Program-made: the position numbers and the translations under genes
The notes under the pieces: model-generated
Databases searched by the model: none
What the model was told of the DNA's origin: nothing
The model's input: the letters and a program-made list of their open reading frames with translations, nothing else
Shown: piece after piece, positions 25,131 to 34,861 of the stretch
Layout: the number at the start of each line of letters is the position of its first letter
How positions within the stretch are numbered: the first letter of the stretch is position 1
Assembly (NCBI GenBank): GCA_038884455.1
Contig: JAWABU010000001.1
Span: 11,263 to 75,262, forward strand
From: Thermoplasmatota archaeon
GTDB taxonomy: Archaea > Thermoplasmatota > E2 > DHVEG-1
Direction of reading: 5' to 3'
Length of the DNA stretch: 64,000 nt

Positions 25131-26516
25131 GTGATAAAAAAAATTCCTGATCCAAAAACTTTTCTTTTTGGAAAAATCAGCAGAAAGTTAACCTTGGTAT
25201 TTCTGCTCGTTGGTATCGTTGCACCAACAATTAGTATTTCATATTTTTATGCATTATCAACGTCTTTTTTATCGCAACAGTCAACGATTATCTATCATCA
25301 AACAACTGTTCTTCGATACACGGCACTACTACTTATTATTCTCATTGCAATAGATACTGCGCTTATTGGTTTTTTTGTCTCCAGAAGCATTTCAAAACCG
25401 ATCACGTTTCTACAACAAGCAACTCAAAAAGTAGAACGAGGTGATTTTTCAATACAAACAAACATAAAAACCGGTGATGAACTCGAGCAACTCAGTCATG
25501 CTTTCAATAAAACGACACTTGCCTTAAGTAAAATGGAATCAGAGCGAAAAGAGATTGACAAAGCAAAGTCAGAGTTTTTAAGCATCACATCCCATGAATT
25601 ACGAACGCCAATGACACCGATGAAAGCACAGTTACAAATGCTTGAAAATGGATTTTTTGGCTCTTTAACAGACAAGCAAAAAGAAAGTATACGAATCATT
25701 ATGAGAAATGCAGAACGACTTGACAAAATTATAGAGGATTTTCTTGAAATTTCTCGTATTGAAGCCGCACGGTTAAAATTTGTATTTCGTAAAGTAGACC
25801 TGACCCAGATACTTCATGATACTGTCAGTTTTTTAGAAGGGTTTGCCCGTGAAAAAAACATTACCTTGAAAATTCATACAACTCAGTTACCAATAATCGA
25901 AGTTGATCCTGATCGGGTAAGTCAAGTTCTCCGTAATCTTGTTCATAATGCGATCAAATTTTCTCCAGAGAACAGCGTTGTTGATATTGATGCTTACGAA
26001 AAAGATGGATACATTCAATTTAGCGTTGCTGATCATGGCGTTGGTATGAAACCTGCAGATCAGATCAGAGTTTTTGAACCGTTTTATCAAATTGAAGATC
26101 ATCTGAATCGGAAACATGGTGGAACTGGCTTAGGTTTAACTATCTGTCGAGGTATTGTCGAAGCCCAAAAAGGAAAAATCTGGGTTGAAAGTGAAGTTGG
26201 TAAAGGCAGTATCTTTTATTTTACGGTACCGCTCAAGCCGGTTACTGAAATAGAACCCATTAAAGTTTTATTTTCATCAAAGAAAGAAATTGAAAATAAA
26301 GTACAAGAAATATTCACTGAAATACTTGGGCCGATGGGCACTGTTGAATTTTCAGAACTGAAAAATAAAAATGCTTTAGGCAGAAAAGATATATTAGACT
26401 ATATTGATACCTTACATCAACAACATATACTTCATGATATACAAACGACAGTATTTCGACAGGCGGTAGATTCGATCTTTGGAACGAAAACAAATCCTGA
26501 AAAAAATGATATATGA
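25131..26516 (+). CDS. Membrane sensor histidine kinase (2 TM, HAMP, HisKA, HATPase_c).
   Basis: H-box ITSHELRTPM. N, G1 and G2 boxes (HNAIKFS, DHGVGM, GGTGLGLTI). Start uncertain: GTG at 25131 with an upstream GGTGGAG, or the TTG at 25095 used by the ORF track. Confidence 0.85.
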   Translation: MIKKIPDPKTFLFGKISRKLTLVFLLVGIVAPTISISYFYALSTSFLSQQSTIIYHQTTVLRYTALLLIILIAIDTALIGFFVSRSISKPITFLQQATQKVERGDFSIQTNIKTGDELEQLSHAFNKTTLALSKMESERKEIDKAKSEFLSITSHELRTPMTPMKAQLQMLENGFFGSLTDKQKESIRIIMRNAERLDKIIEDFLEISRIEAARLKFVFRKVDLTQILHDTVSFLEGFAREKNITLKIHTTQLPIIEVDPDRVSQVLRNLVHNAIKFSPENSVVDIDAYEKDGYIQFSVADHGVGMKPADQIRVFEPFYQIEDHLNRKHGGTGLGLTICRGIVEAQKGKIWVESEVGKGSIFYFTVPLKPVTEIEPIKVLFSSKKEIENKVQEIFTEILGPMGTVEFSELKNKNALGRKDILDYIDTLHQQHILHDIQTTVFRQAVDSIFGTKTNPEKNDI

Positions 26517-26541
26517 ATGAAATAAGAAGAGGGAAGATGGG

Positions 26542-27723
26542 ATGCGGCTACGAGCATTACTCATCGTCATGTGTCTTGCAATTGCAATGATCCCGATTGG
26601 AATCATCAGCGGTTTTTTAGGTTTTGAGATTGCATCTGCATATTTTATTCTAATTGTTGGTATTACTTTTTGTGTGAGTTACGCGATTGCATATTTCATT
26701 ACTCGCCCCCTTGAAAAATTAACAAAAACGATCAATGAAATCAGCCGGGGTAATCTTGATGTTACTCTTGAAAAAAGCGAGATTCTTGAGATCAATGCAT
26801 TAACTGAATCATTAAATCGTGTTCTAGCAAGCTTAAAACTAGCGATCCATAAGGTTGGTGTGAAAAAAGGTGAAATATTTGAAGAAACGGTAAAAGCAAA
26901 GGAAGCTGCTGAGAAAAAATATCAAGATTTGTTAAATACGATTGATGCATGGGCGTGGGAAACAGATGCCCGTGGCATATACACGTTTTGTTCTCCGAAA
27001 GTCGCAGATGCACTCGGCTACAAACCTGAGGAAGTTGTTGGAAAATCGATTTTTGAATTTATGCCTCCTGATGAAGCAAAAAAAGTGAAAATCGGGTATT
27101 ATGCTGTTAACAAAAAGCAGACGCCGATGCAGCAGCTTGAACAGTATTATTTTCATAAAAATGGTACACCTGTTCGTGTGTTTACCAACGCCGTACCAAT
27201 TTTTGATCATCTTGGGAATTTTTGTGGATATCGCGGTGTTCATCGAGATGTAACAACCCATGAACCTTTCGAACATAAAATCGAAGAACTAATTTTGAAA
27301 AATATTAAAGTAAAAGAGTGGAGAAAACGCGCTCCTCATTTATTCAAAGAGTATACTGATATTGACACAAATCAGCTTGATTTCCACGACATCAAAAAAC
27401 AACAAAGGAGTACTGAGCTATCTGATTATTCGTATATCTTTGACGACCATGGAAATATCATTGATTGTACCGGTAAAATCACAGAAAAACTGGGTTATGA
27501 AAAAGAAGATTTCTTAAATTTGTCTCTCAGTGATTTTGATACCTTTGAAGATCCTCAAGAATTCAAAGATCGGTTAAATACTGTCCGTCAGCATGGCGAG
27601 ACACATGTCAAAACGATTCATAAACGGAAAGATGGCTCACTGATTCTTGTCAGTGAAACAATTGAGTATTTAAAAGATAAAGGGTTGTTCCGCTGTATAG
27701 TAAAAGAAGATTTTCTGATCTAG
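26542..27723 (+). CDS. Membrane-anchored HAMP plus two PAS-domain sensor protein without an output domain.
   Basis: Two N-terminal TM helices. HAMP-like ITRPLEKLTKTINEISRGNLDV. Two PAS-like segments (DAWAWETDARGIYTFCSPKV..., IFDDHGNIIDCTGKITEKLGY...). 393 aa. Confidence 0.8.
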   Translation: MRLRALLIVMCLAIAMIPIGIISGFLGFEIASAYFILIVGITFCVSYAIAYFITRPLEKLTKTINEISRGNLDVTLEKSEILEINALTESLNRVLASLKLAIHKVGVKKGEIFEETVKAKEAAEKKYQDLLNTIDAWAWETDARGIYTFCSPKVADALGYKPEEVVGKSIFEFMPPDEAKKVKIGYYAVNKKQTPMQQLEQYYFHKNGTPVRVFTNAVPIFDHLGNFCGYRGVHRDVTTHEPFEHKIEELILKNIKVKEWRKRAPHLFKEYTDIDTNQLDFHDIKKQQRSTELSDYSYIFDDHGNIIDCTGKITEKLGYEKEDFLNLSLSDFDTFEDPQEFKDRLNTVRQHGETHVKTIHKRKDGSLILVSETIEYLKDKGLFRCIVKEDFLI

Positions 27724-27821
27724 CCCTTATGTATTCTCGATATTTTTATTTTTTTCTGTTTTTATTTTACCAGCAAGTATTTATGTTATTTCCTCATGTC
27801 CGGTTTCAGAGTTGATACACT

Positions 27822-29024
27822 ATGATTCGAGCGTCAAAACGTTCCCATTCTGTTTCATATGCAATTCGTGATGTACTACTTCCAGCAAAAGAACTGGAAA
27901 AAAAAGGAATTCAAGTCTTAAAATTAAACATCGGTGACCCGAATGCATATGATTTTGATACACCACAATATATCAAAGATGCTTTAATTCAAGCCGTTGA
28001 AGAAAACTTTAACGGGTATGCTCCTTCAGAAGGTTATGTTGAATTACGGCAAGCGATTTGTGATCGTGAAAAAAAAAGAAACAATGTTACGTATTCACTT
28101 GATGATATTTGTGTGACCACTGGTGTCACAGAAGGGTTGCAAATCCTTTTGAATGCATCTCTTGATCCAAACGATGAGTTATTGATTCCTGGTCCAACCT
28201 ATCCTCAATATACCTTGATTACCCGGGTAAACGATGCAATCCCGATCCCGTATCGATGTATTGAAGAAGAAGGATGGCAGCCTGATGTTGACCATATCCG
28301 GAAAAAGATTTCAAATCGAGCGAAAGGGATTGTTCTTATTAATCCAAATAATCCAACCGGTGCGTTGTATTCAAAAAAGGTAATCAAAGAAATTATTGAT
28401 ATCGCTGGTGAATTTCAAGTGCCAGTTATTTCTGATGAGATTTACGATGACATGGTTTTTGACGGAAAGCAATGCGCTACAGCTTCACTTGCAAAAGATG
28501 TACCTGTAATTACCTTTAATGGTTTCTCAAAAGTATATTTGATGCCTGGGTGGAGGATGGGGTATGTGTTGTTCCATCATAGCGGGGAGCTTGATGAGAT
28601 TCAGGATGCTTTTATGCGGATTGCTCGATCTCGGCTGTGCGCAAGCAGTATCTGCCAGCGAGCATGTATCACTGCATTGAAAGGACCTCAGGATCACATC
28701 GATGAAACAAATAGGAAATTACGAGAACGTCGTGATTATGCATATAAACGACTTAATGAAATTCCAGGTCTTTCAACAGCAAAACCTGCAGGAGCGTTTT
28801 ATATTTTCCCGAAAATAGAAGCGATGCGTTCTGGGCTTTGGAATGATGACAAAGAATTTGTTTTAGATGTACTTCGTGAAGCGCATGTATTAGTTGTCCA
28901 TGGGTCTGGATTTTGTTCAGTGTTTGGCAAAGGTCATTTCCGAGCAGTGATCCTCCCACCGCTGGAAATGCTTGAGAAGGCCTTTGATCAACTTGAACGG
29001 TTCATGAAAATGCGGCTCAAATAA
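27822..29024 (+). CDS. alaA: Alanine aminotransferase (class I PLP aminotransferase).
   Basis: MIRASKRSHSVSYAIRDVLLPAKELEKKGIQVLKLNIGDP..., NPNNPTGALY and the PLP-lysine motif SKVY agree with my recollection of the Pyrococcus-type AlaAT N-terminus (recalled from memory, not searched). 400 aa. Confidence 0.85.
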   Translation: MIRASKRSHSVSYAIRDVLLPAKELEKKGIQVLKLNIGDPNAYDFDTPQYIKDALIQAVEENFNGYAPSEGYVELRQAICDREKKRNNVTYSLDDICVTTGVTEGLQILLNASLDPNDELLIPGPTYPQYTLITRVNDAIPIPYRCIEEEGWQPDVDHIRKKISNRAKGIVLINPNNPTGALYSKKVIKEIIDIAGEFQVPVISDEIYDDMVFDGKQCATASLAKDVPVITFNGFSKVYLMPGWRMGYVLFHHSGELDEIQDAFMRIARSRLCASSICQRACITALKGPQDHIDETNRKLRERRDYAYKRLNEIPGLSTAKPAGAFYIFPKIEAMRSGLWNDDKEFVLDVLREAHVLVVHGSGFCSVFGKGHFRAVILPPLEMLEKAFDQLERFMKMRLK

Positions 29025-29071
29025 TTAATCATTTAAAGGATGAATGCATTACAAATGAGAGGTTACTTGGT

Positions 29072-29317
29072 ATGGATGAAACGCAACAACCTGAATCACG
29101 AGGTGTTTTTAGTCTTGCCTTGAAAGAATACAAAACCATGGAAACAAAACTTTATGGCGAGCTTATGAAAACATGTCGCAGTTACAGTAATAAACTAAAT
29201 ATTATTTCTATTGTTGGTATCCTTGATTTAGTGAAACAAGAGATGAAAGACCTTGATAAAACCGATTTTCGGTTCACCAAATACGGAACATCAAGCGACG
29301 AGACAGATACTCTGTAA
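29072..29317 (+). CDS. Hypothetical 81-aa protein.
   Basis: ORF only. No motif recognised. Compositionally plausible. Confidence 0.3.
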   Translation: MDETQQPESRGVFSLALKEYKTMETKLYGELMKTCRSYSNKLNIISIVGILDLVKQEMKDLDKTDFRFTKYGTSSDETDTL

Positions 29318-29419
29318 CAACGCTGTTTGTAACTTCTATAATCTACTCAGCTGGCTTGATCATATCAACGGGCGTTCTAGTGATGCCCTGCTTCTTGTTA
29401 CGAAGGAAAATTACGAATA

Positions 29420-29630
29420 AAATTAAAATTAATTAAAAATTTATCATGTAAAAAGAGTATTATTTATGTATATTTTTGTATATATTATTATATCATATTG
29501 TAATACATCTAAATATGTATAAATAGATATTTTTATATATATTATAAATATACCTTTTCGTATATTACTATATATATCTTACAGTACCTTTATGATACCT
29601 TACTATATCACGTACACATTAAGGTGACAA
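29420..29630. promoter_or_regulatory. About 210-bp AT-rich tract with reiterated TATATTA(T/C)TATAT elements upstream of the MTH1187/por gene cluster.
   Basis: Runs of tatat with three copies of TATATTAYTATAT-like words. At least 85% A+T by eye. Confidence 0.3.
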
Positions 29631-29634
29631 CAAT

Positions 29635-29925
29635 ATGATTATAGCACAACTAAGTATTGCTCCTCTAGGAGAAGGTACAAGCGTAGGTCATTATGTAAAG
29701 ATCGTTCTAGAAGTATTGAAAAAAGAACACATTCATTTTGAAACAAATGCGATGGCAACAGTACTTGAAACTGAGGATCTAGCAACTCTTTTTCAAGCTG
29801 TTCAAAAAGCACATCAAGCAGTCGCTGATGCAGGGGCACAACGAATTATTACAGAAATAAAAATCGACGACCGCCGCGACAAACCTGCCACAATTCGATC
29901 AAAACTTGCATCACTAAAAGCATAA
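29635..29925 (+). CDS. MTH1187/YkoF-family protein (thiamine-binding/DUF77-like).
   Basis: 96 aa. MIIAQLSIAPLGEGTSVGHYV... is typical of the MTH1187 family. AAGGTGA Shine-Dalgarno motif upstream. Confidence 0.7.
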   Translation: MIIAQLSIAPLGEGTSVGHYVKIVLEVLKKEHIHFETNAMATVLETEDLATLFQAVQKAHQAVADAGAQRIITEIKIDDRRDKPATIRSKLASLKA

Positions 29926-30009
29926 AAATACTGGTGCTCTCAGAAGAACAACACATACAAAACAGTTATATGTACCATGTTCATTTCGAGGTTCGGGACG
30001 GTAGATATT

Positions 30010-30588
30010 GTGTCAACAACATCACTTGTAGAAATCATTTTCCATGGACGTGGAGGCCAAGGAGCAGTAACCGCAGCAAATCTACTTGCAGCAGCAGCAT
30101 TACACGACGGAAATAAAGGAGTTCAAGCATTCCCTGTTTTTGGTGCAGAACGACGAGGCGCACCAATACGAGCATTTGCACGCATCTCATCAGAAGATGA
30201 AATCCACCTGCGAAGTGAGATTTACGAACCAGACATCGTCATTGTGCAAGATGAATCAATTATGGAAATCGTCGACGTAGTAAAAGGATTAAAAAAGAAT
30301 GGAACAATTTTAATTAATACTCAGAAAAAACCAACCGATTTCCGTTTTTCAAAAACGTATCGAGTTGCAACCGTCGATGCAACAAGTATTGCCCTAAAAT
30401 ATGAAATTCTCGTCGGAGGAATCCCTGTTGTCAATACACCGATTCTCGGAGCAATCCCAAGAATACTTGACAAAGTATCTCTAAAATCAGTTCAGGAGGT
30501 TGTTCGATCAAAATGGAAAGGTGAACAAGGAATCGCAAACGTTAATGCAACCCAGGACGCCTATGATTCTACCGAGGTGAACAAATGA
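30010..30588 (+). CDS. porG: Pyruvate (2-oxoacid):ferredoxin oxidoreductase gamma subunit.
   Basis: VEIIFHGRGGQGAVTAANLLA...FPVFGAERRGAP motif. Start uncertain: GTG at 30010, or the ORF-track ATG at 29977. Confidence 0.8.
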   Translation: MSTTSLVEIIFHGRGGQGAVTAANLLAAAALHDGNKGVQAFPVFGAERRGAPIRAFARISSEDEIHLRSEIYEPDIVIVQDESIMEIVDVVKGLKKNGTILINTQKKPTDFRFSKTYRVATVDATSIALKYEILVGGIPVVNTPILGAIPRILDKVSLKSVQEVVRSKWKGEQGIANVNATQDAYDSTEVNK

Positions 30589-30857
30589 AGAAATACCAAG
30601 TCATCTCAACAATTTCATATCCAAAAATAGGCGCCAATGGAAAAACCGGAACGTGGCGAATTTTCAAACCAATTCTTGACAAAGCAAAATGCGTTAAATG
30701 TCTTCGTTGTTGGATTTTCTGCCCGGAGAGTGCAATACTTCGGAATAACGATGAAAGCATTGACATCGACTATGATTATTGTAAAGGTTGTGGTGTCTGC
30801 GCCAAAGAATGTGCACTAAAAGCGATAACGATGCGACGGGAAGGTGACCAAGAATGA
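30585..30857 (+). CDS. porD: Pyruvate:ferredoxin oxidoreductase delta subunit (2x[4Fe-4S] ferredoxin).
   Basis: 90 aa. Two CxxCxxCxxxCP clusters (CVKCLRCWIFCP, CKGCGVCAKEC). ATGA overlap with porG. Confidence 0.85.
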   Translation: MKKYQVISTISYPKIGANGKTGTWRIFKPILDKAKCVKCLRCWIFCPESAILRNNDESIDIDYDYCKGCGVCAKECALKAITMRREGDQE

Positions 30858-32014
30858 CCATCATGATTGATACTGGCAATTATATTGCTGCTAAAGCAGC
30901 AGTCATGGCAAAACCTGATGTTGTTGCAGCATATCCAATTACCCCACAGACAACCGTTGTTGAAGGAATTGCAAAATACTACAGCACCGGGGAATATGCT
31001 GGCGAATATATTTGCGTTGAATCAGAACATTCAGCAATGAGTGCCTGTATCGGTGCAAGTGCAGCAGGTGCTCGAACATTTACTGCCACATCATCCCATG
31101 GATTATTACTTATGCATGAAATGCTCCATTGGGCAGCACTCGCACGATTACCAATAGTTATGTGCAACATCAACCGGGTAGTTGGACCAGGATGGAACAT
31201 TTGGGCTGATCAAAACGACTCAATCTCTCAGCGTGATACCGGTTGGATTCAGTTCTATTGTTCGATCAATCAAGAAATTTTTGATACCGTCATCCAGGCG
31301 TTTAAACTTGCAGAACATAAACAGATACTGTTACCCGTGATGATTAACTATGATGCATTTGTGTTATCACACACGACCATGCCTGCAGACATCCCAGATC
31401 AAAAAGATATTGATCATTTTTTACCCCGCTATGAACCACAATGGAAACTTGACGTGCACAATCCAACAACGTTTGGAAACATCATCCTTCCGCAAGCATA
31501 TTTCAAAGTTCGAAAAGCAATGCAAGATGCACATGAACATGCAAAAAAAATGATACCGAAAATTAATGCTGAATGGGAAACCATAACTGGAAGAAGCTAT
31601 GGTGGATTATTCGAAGAATATCGATGCGAACATGCAGAACATATCCTCATTGCAAGTGGTGCTCTGGGTGCAGAAAGCAAAATTGCAATAAATCGATTAC
31701 GAGAAAAAGGTATGAAAATAGGTCTTGCTCGACTGCGGGTTTTCCGACCATTCCCAACTGAGGAGATCATCCGCTATGCAGAGCAAGCAGATCTTATCGT
31801 GATAGATCGAAATATTTCTATTGGGAACGAAGGCGCGATGTGTACCGAAATCAAAGCAGCGTTGTACGAAAAATCTGATGCACAGGTGACCGGCTTTGTT
31901 GCAGGTCTTGGTGGAACCGATGTTACGTATAAAGATATTGAAAAGATGTGCACACAGGCCGTACAAGGAAAAGCAAAATCAGGTGCTTGGTATGGCTTGA
32001 AGGAGGATGTATAG
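30854..32014 (+). CDS. porA: Pyruvate:ferredoxin oxidoreductase alpha subunit.
   Basis: 386 aa. N-terminus MTIMIDTGNYIAAKAAVMAKPDVVAAYPITPQT typical of PorA. 4-nt overlap with porD. Confidence 0.9.
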   Translation: MTIMIDTGNYIAAKAAVMAKPDVVAAYPITPQTTVVEGIAKYYSTGEYAGEYICVESEHSAMSACIGASAAGARTFTATSSHGLLLMHEMLHWAALARLPIVMCNINRVVGPGWNIWADQNDSISQRDTGWIQFYCSINQEIFDTVIQAFKLAEHKQILLPVMINYDAFVLSHTTMPADIPDQKDIDHFLPRYEPQWKLDVHNPTTFGNIILPQAYFKVRKAMQDAHEHAKKMIPKINAEWETITGRSYGGLFEEYRCEHAEHILIASGALGAESKIAINRLREKGMKIGLARLRVFRPFPTEEIIRYAEQADLIVIDRNISIGNEGAMCTEIKAALYEKSDAQVTGFVAGLGGTDVTYKDIEKMCTQAVQGKAKSGAWYGLKEDV

Positions 32015-32016
32015 CT

Positions 32017-32922
32017 ATGGCAATTAAAGATATGCCGATTGAAGAATGTATGCTTGCTGGAAATGCTGCATGTCCTGGATGTCCAGCAACCATGGCGTTA
32101 CGAGTAGTATTGAAAGCACTGGGAAAAAACACAATTATGACCGTCCCAGCATGCTGCACTGCAGTTATTGAAAGTTTGTATCCCGATACCTCGTTTGATA
32201 TACCGGTGATGAACATTGCATTTGAAGCAGCAGCTGCAGCTGCATCAGGTATCGAAGCAGCATTACGAAAACAGGGAAAAACAGATACCACAGTTGTCGC
32301 GTGGGCAGGTGATGGTGGAACCTATGATATTGGACTGCAAGCGTTATCAGGTGCATTAGAACGTGGAACAAACTTCATCTATATTTGTTATAATAATCAG
32401 ATTTATTCAAACACGGGCATTCAGCGGAGTGGTGCAACACCCTATGCAGCATGGACGACGACGACAGTTGGTGGAAAAACAGAGTTTACCAAAAAAATGG
32501 GTGATATTATCCAAGCACATCATATCCCGTATTCTGCACAAGCCTGCATCAGTTTTCCCGAGGATCTATACAATAAAGTTGTGAAAGCAAAAAACATTAA
32601 AGGTCCGAAATATATTGAAATCCTTGCACCTTGCCCGCCGGGATGGCGGTTTAGCATGGATCGAACCGTTGAGATGGGGCGTCTTGCAGTCGATACCGGA
32701 GCATGGGCATTGTATGAATGTGAACATGGTGTCGTAACGTTTAATGGAAAAAGTAAATTGATCCTTGAGAAAAAGGTTGAGCGAAAACCACTTGAAGAAT
32801 GGATTCGGTACCAAGGTCGTTTTAGCCATCTGTTCAAACCTGAAAAAAATGTAAAAATCCTATCAATGATGCAGGAGCATATCGATCAGATGTGGGAACG
32901 TTACCGAAAATGCTTTCAGTAA
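32017..32922 (+). CDS. porB: Pyruvate:ferredoxin oxidoreductase beta subunit (TPP-binding).
   Basis: Start at MAIKDMPIEECMLAGNAACPGCPA (ATG 32017). TPP motif GDGG...YDIG. The ORF-track start at 31948 overlaps porA and is unlikely. Confidence 0.9.
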   Translation: MAIKDMPIEECMLAGNAACPGCPATMALRVVLKALGKNTIMTVPACCTAVIESLYPDTSFDIPVMNIAFEAAAAAASGIEAALRKQGKTDTTVVAWAGDGGTYDIGLQALSGALERGTNFIYICYNNQIYSNTGIQRSGATPYAAWTTTTVGGKTEFTKKMGDIIQAHHIPYSAQACISFPEDLYNKVVKAKNIKGPKYIEILAPCPPGWRFSMDRTVEMGRLAVDTGAWALYECEHGVVTFNGKSKLILEKKVERKPLEEWIRYQGRFSHLFKPEKNVKILSMMQEHIDQMWERYRKCFQ

Positions 32923-33049
32923 AAACATTCTATATTGATTCTTTTTTTCAATCAGAAAGCATCTCCTGAGATGACATTTTGCCATTTTGACAATATTTTC
33001 AGAAAAGTATTTAGTTTATAACCTACAAAGTATAACTTGAGGAGAGTGC

Positions 33050-33985
33050 GTGAAAGCAAATCATAAATTCCAATCTTCTACTTCTGCGGTTTCAGAGGTG
33101 ATCGGTGTTATTCTCATGGTTGCCATCACCGTAACGATCGCTGCAGTTATTTATCTCTATGTCAGTGGTATTCTTGGAAGTTCATCAAGCAGTATCAATA
33201 GTTCTTGGAAAACACTGCAAGACCAGTTAGACAAACTCCGTGGCGGAGATTATTACAATTCCCAAGGAGGCCCAGATGGTCCTGGTGGTGCAGTACCTGC
33301 CGGTGGTTCTGACAACCCCGGGGGTGATTCTGATCTCACCCCCGATGATCCTGATGATGGTGTATGGTCTGACACTCTCCTAATCTCAGATCCAAATCCA
33401 AAAGACAATGAAATCGTTGAATATTCTGAAAGTATTACGTTTAGTGTGTATATCACACATGCTACAGAAGACGAAGATGGCAATATTTACTATGAAATCA
33501 GCTGTTCAAATGGAGAATCAACCAGTCAAACAAATGTCAACAGCGGCCGATACTCACTTCAACTAACGAAACTACAACCTTCAACCATCTACCGGATATC
33601 TATTATTGCAATTAACATGTTGAATGGAAGATCAACCACTGCTGAGTATCAATTTCAAACTACGGCACAACCACAACCACCACGACTTGGTGAACCGAAT
33701 ATTCCTGATTATGCAAAAAATCAACCATTGTCCTTAACCTGGAGCATCCCCATAAGTGATGATGACAGCTTGTTTAGCTGGAGTATCGAAGTGCGAAGTG
33801 CAAAAGGTCAAACGTTTACTGAAAGTGCTACCAATGATATTTCAGGTATTAAATCAATCACACTGAAAAATCTTGCAGAAACAACAGAGTATACTGTGAC
33901 GGTTACTGCAACTGATGAAAGCATGCTTGGAGCTATCGGTTTTTATCACTTTACAACAGGAAAATCTGGAGAGATCGAAAAATAA
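33050..33985 (+). CDS. Archaeal type IV pilin-like protein (class III signal peptide, DUF1628/PilA-like N-terminal domain) with a large C-terminal domain.
   Basis: STSAVSEVIGVILMVAITVTIAAVIYLYVSG is the conserved pilin hydrophobic domain. 311 aa. Gly/Pro/Asp-rich linker. Confidence 0.75.
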   Translation: MKANHKFQSSTSAVSEVIGVILMVAITVTIAAVIYLYVSGILGSSSSSINSSWKTLQDQLDKLRGGDYYNSQGGPDGPGGAVPAGGSDNPGGDSDLTPDDPDDGVWSDTLLISDPNPKDNEIVEYSESITFSVYITHATEDEDGNIYYEISCSNGESTSQTNVNSGRYSLQLTKLQPSTIYRISIIAINMLNGRSTTAEYQFQTTAQPQPPRLGEPNIPDYAKNQPLSLTWSIPISDDDSLFSWSIEVRSAKGQTFTESATNDISGIKSITLKNLAETTEYTVTVTATDESMLGAIGFYHFTTGKSGEIEK

Positions 33986-33991
33986 AGACAT

Positions 33992-34855
33992 TTACATGAG
34001 TTCTGCTCCTTTGGATGAAATTGAACAAACATACGTTTTTCCAAATGACTGAAGTAGGGTACATAGTTGTTCTGTTCGCCCAATTGCAAAAACAGAATTT
34101 CCAAGCATACACATACTTGCCATTCCAACTTTATTTGCTGCAGTAATCGCTTTCAATACCTCTCTTTGAATTAATCCTGTCTTGTACGAAAATTCCTGAG
34201 CAAGCCTGAACAAATTTTCCAGCGAAGGTTTTTCTAAAATTTTTTTTGTACAATACCTGCCAAGAGCTGCGATTTCTTCAAGTTTGTTTCGATCGGTGAG
34301 AATTTTTTTTGTTTCAAGTTTTTCTCCAACGACACAAATAACAACATCATGGCATGCTGGGATGTGTTCAAGCATCCCCCATGGTGGTAAACCTGCCTCC
34401 CGTCTGATTTCAACACCTCCAAAACTACACGCGATAACATCACCAAGACCCGTATGATTTTCAATTTCTGCCTTATGAGCTGCTCTGATTGCGTCACTGT
34501 GTGGCCGTTGGAGAATTTTTGCTACTGCAAGTGCTGTGCTGAGCGCCCCTGCTGCACTCATGCCAAAACCTTGACTTAATGGTAAATCAAGCGTTGTTTG
34601 CACGTTGACATTAAATGGTGCAGTTCCAATAAGATTAAGAACTGTGTGTGTGGTTACCGGTGCCTCTGATTTTTGATTATTGATATAAACCGTGATGTGT
34701 TGTTGTTCAGCGAGTTCAAGAGACACGGTGGTTGTCGCCCCAAGCGTGATACATATACCTGCACCTCTCGATCCTGATCGATATACATCATTTGGATGAT
34801 ATTTTGGTTCAAAAAAAGCTGAGATATGTCCTGGTGCAAAAGCTGATGCATTCAT
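33992..34855 (-). CDS. GHMP-family kinase, probably archaeal pantoate kinase (CoA biosynthesis).
   Basis: GHMP motif PLSQGFGMSAAGALS. N-terminal APGHISAFFEP. About 287 aa. Immediately downstream of coaBC. Confidence 0.6.
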   Translation of the reverse strand: MNASAFAPGHISAFFEPKYHPNDVYRSGSRGAGICITLGATTTVSLELAEQQHITVYINNQKSEAPVTTHTVLNLIGTAPFNVNVQTTLDLPLSQGFGMSAAGALSTALAVAKILQRPHSDAIRAAHKAEIENHTGLGDVIACSFGGVEIRREAGLPPWGMLEHIPACHDVVICVVGEKLETKKILTDRNKLEEIAALGRYCTKKILEKPSLENLFRLAQEFSYKTGLIQREVLKAITAANKVGMASMCMLGNSVFAIGRTEQLCTLLQSFGKTYVCSISSKGAELM

Positions 34856-34861
34856 ACCTCA

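Noticed and set aside
29420-29630. AT-rich tract as a replication origin.
   Set aside because: No adjacent orc1/cdc6 and no recognisable ORB-type inverted repeats. More simply explained as a promoter or TATA-rich intergenic region, so it is kept only as a low-interest finding.
31948-32016. Upstream extension of porB (ORF-track start at 31948) and similar extensions for cysD (52027), the GfcR-like gene (19131), the surface protein (39043) and XPD (58520).
   Set aside because: Each extension overlaps the preceding gene or lacks an RBS. Internal Met starts align with homologue N-termini and with GGAGG/GGTGA-like motifs.
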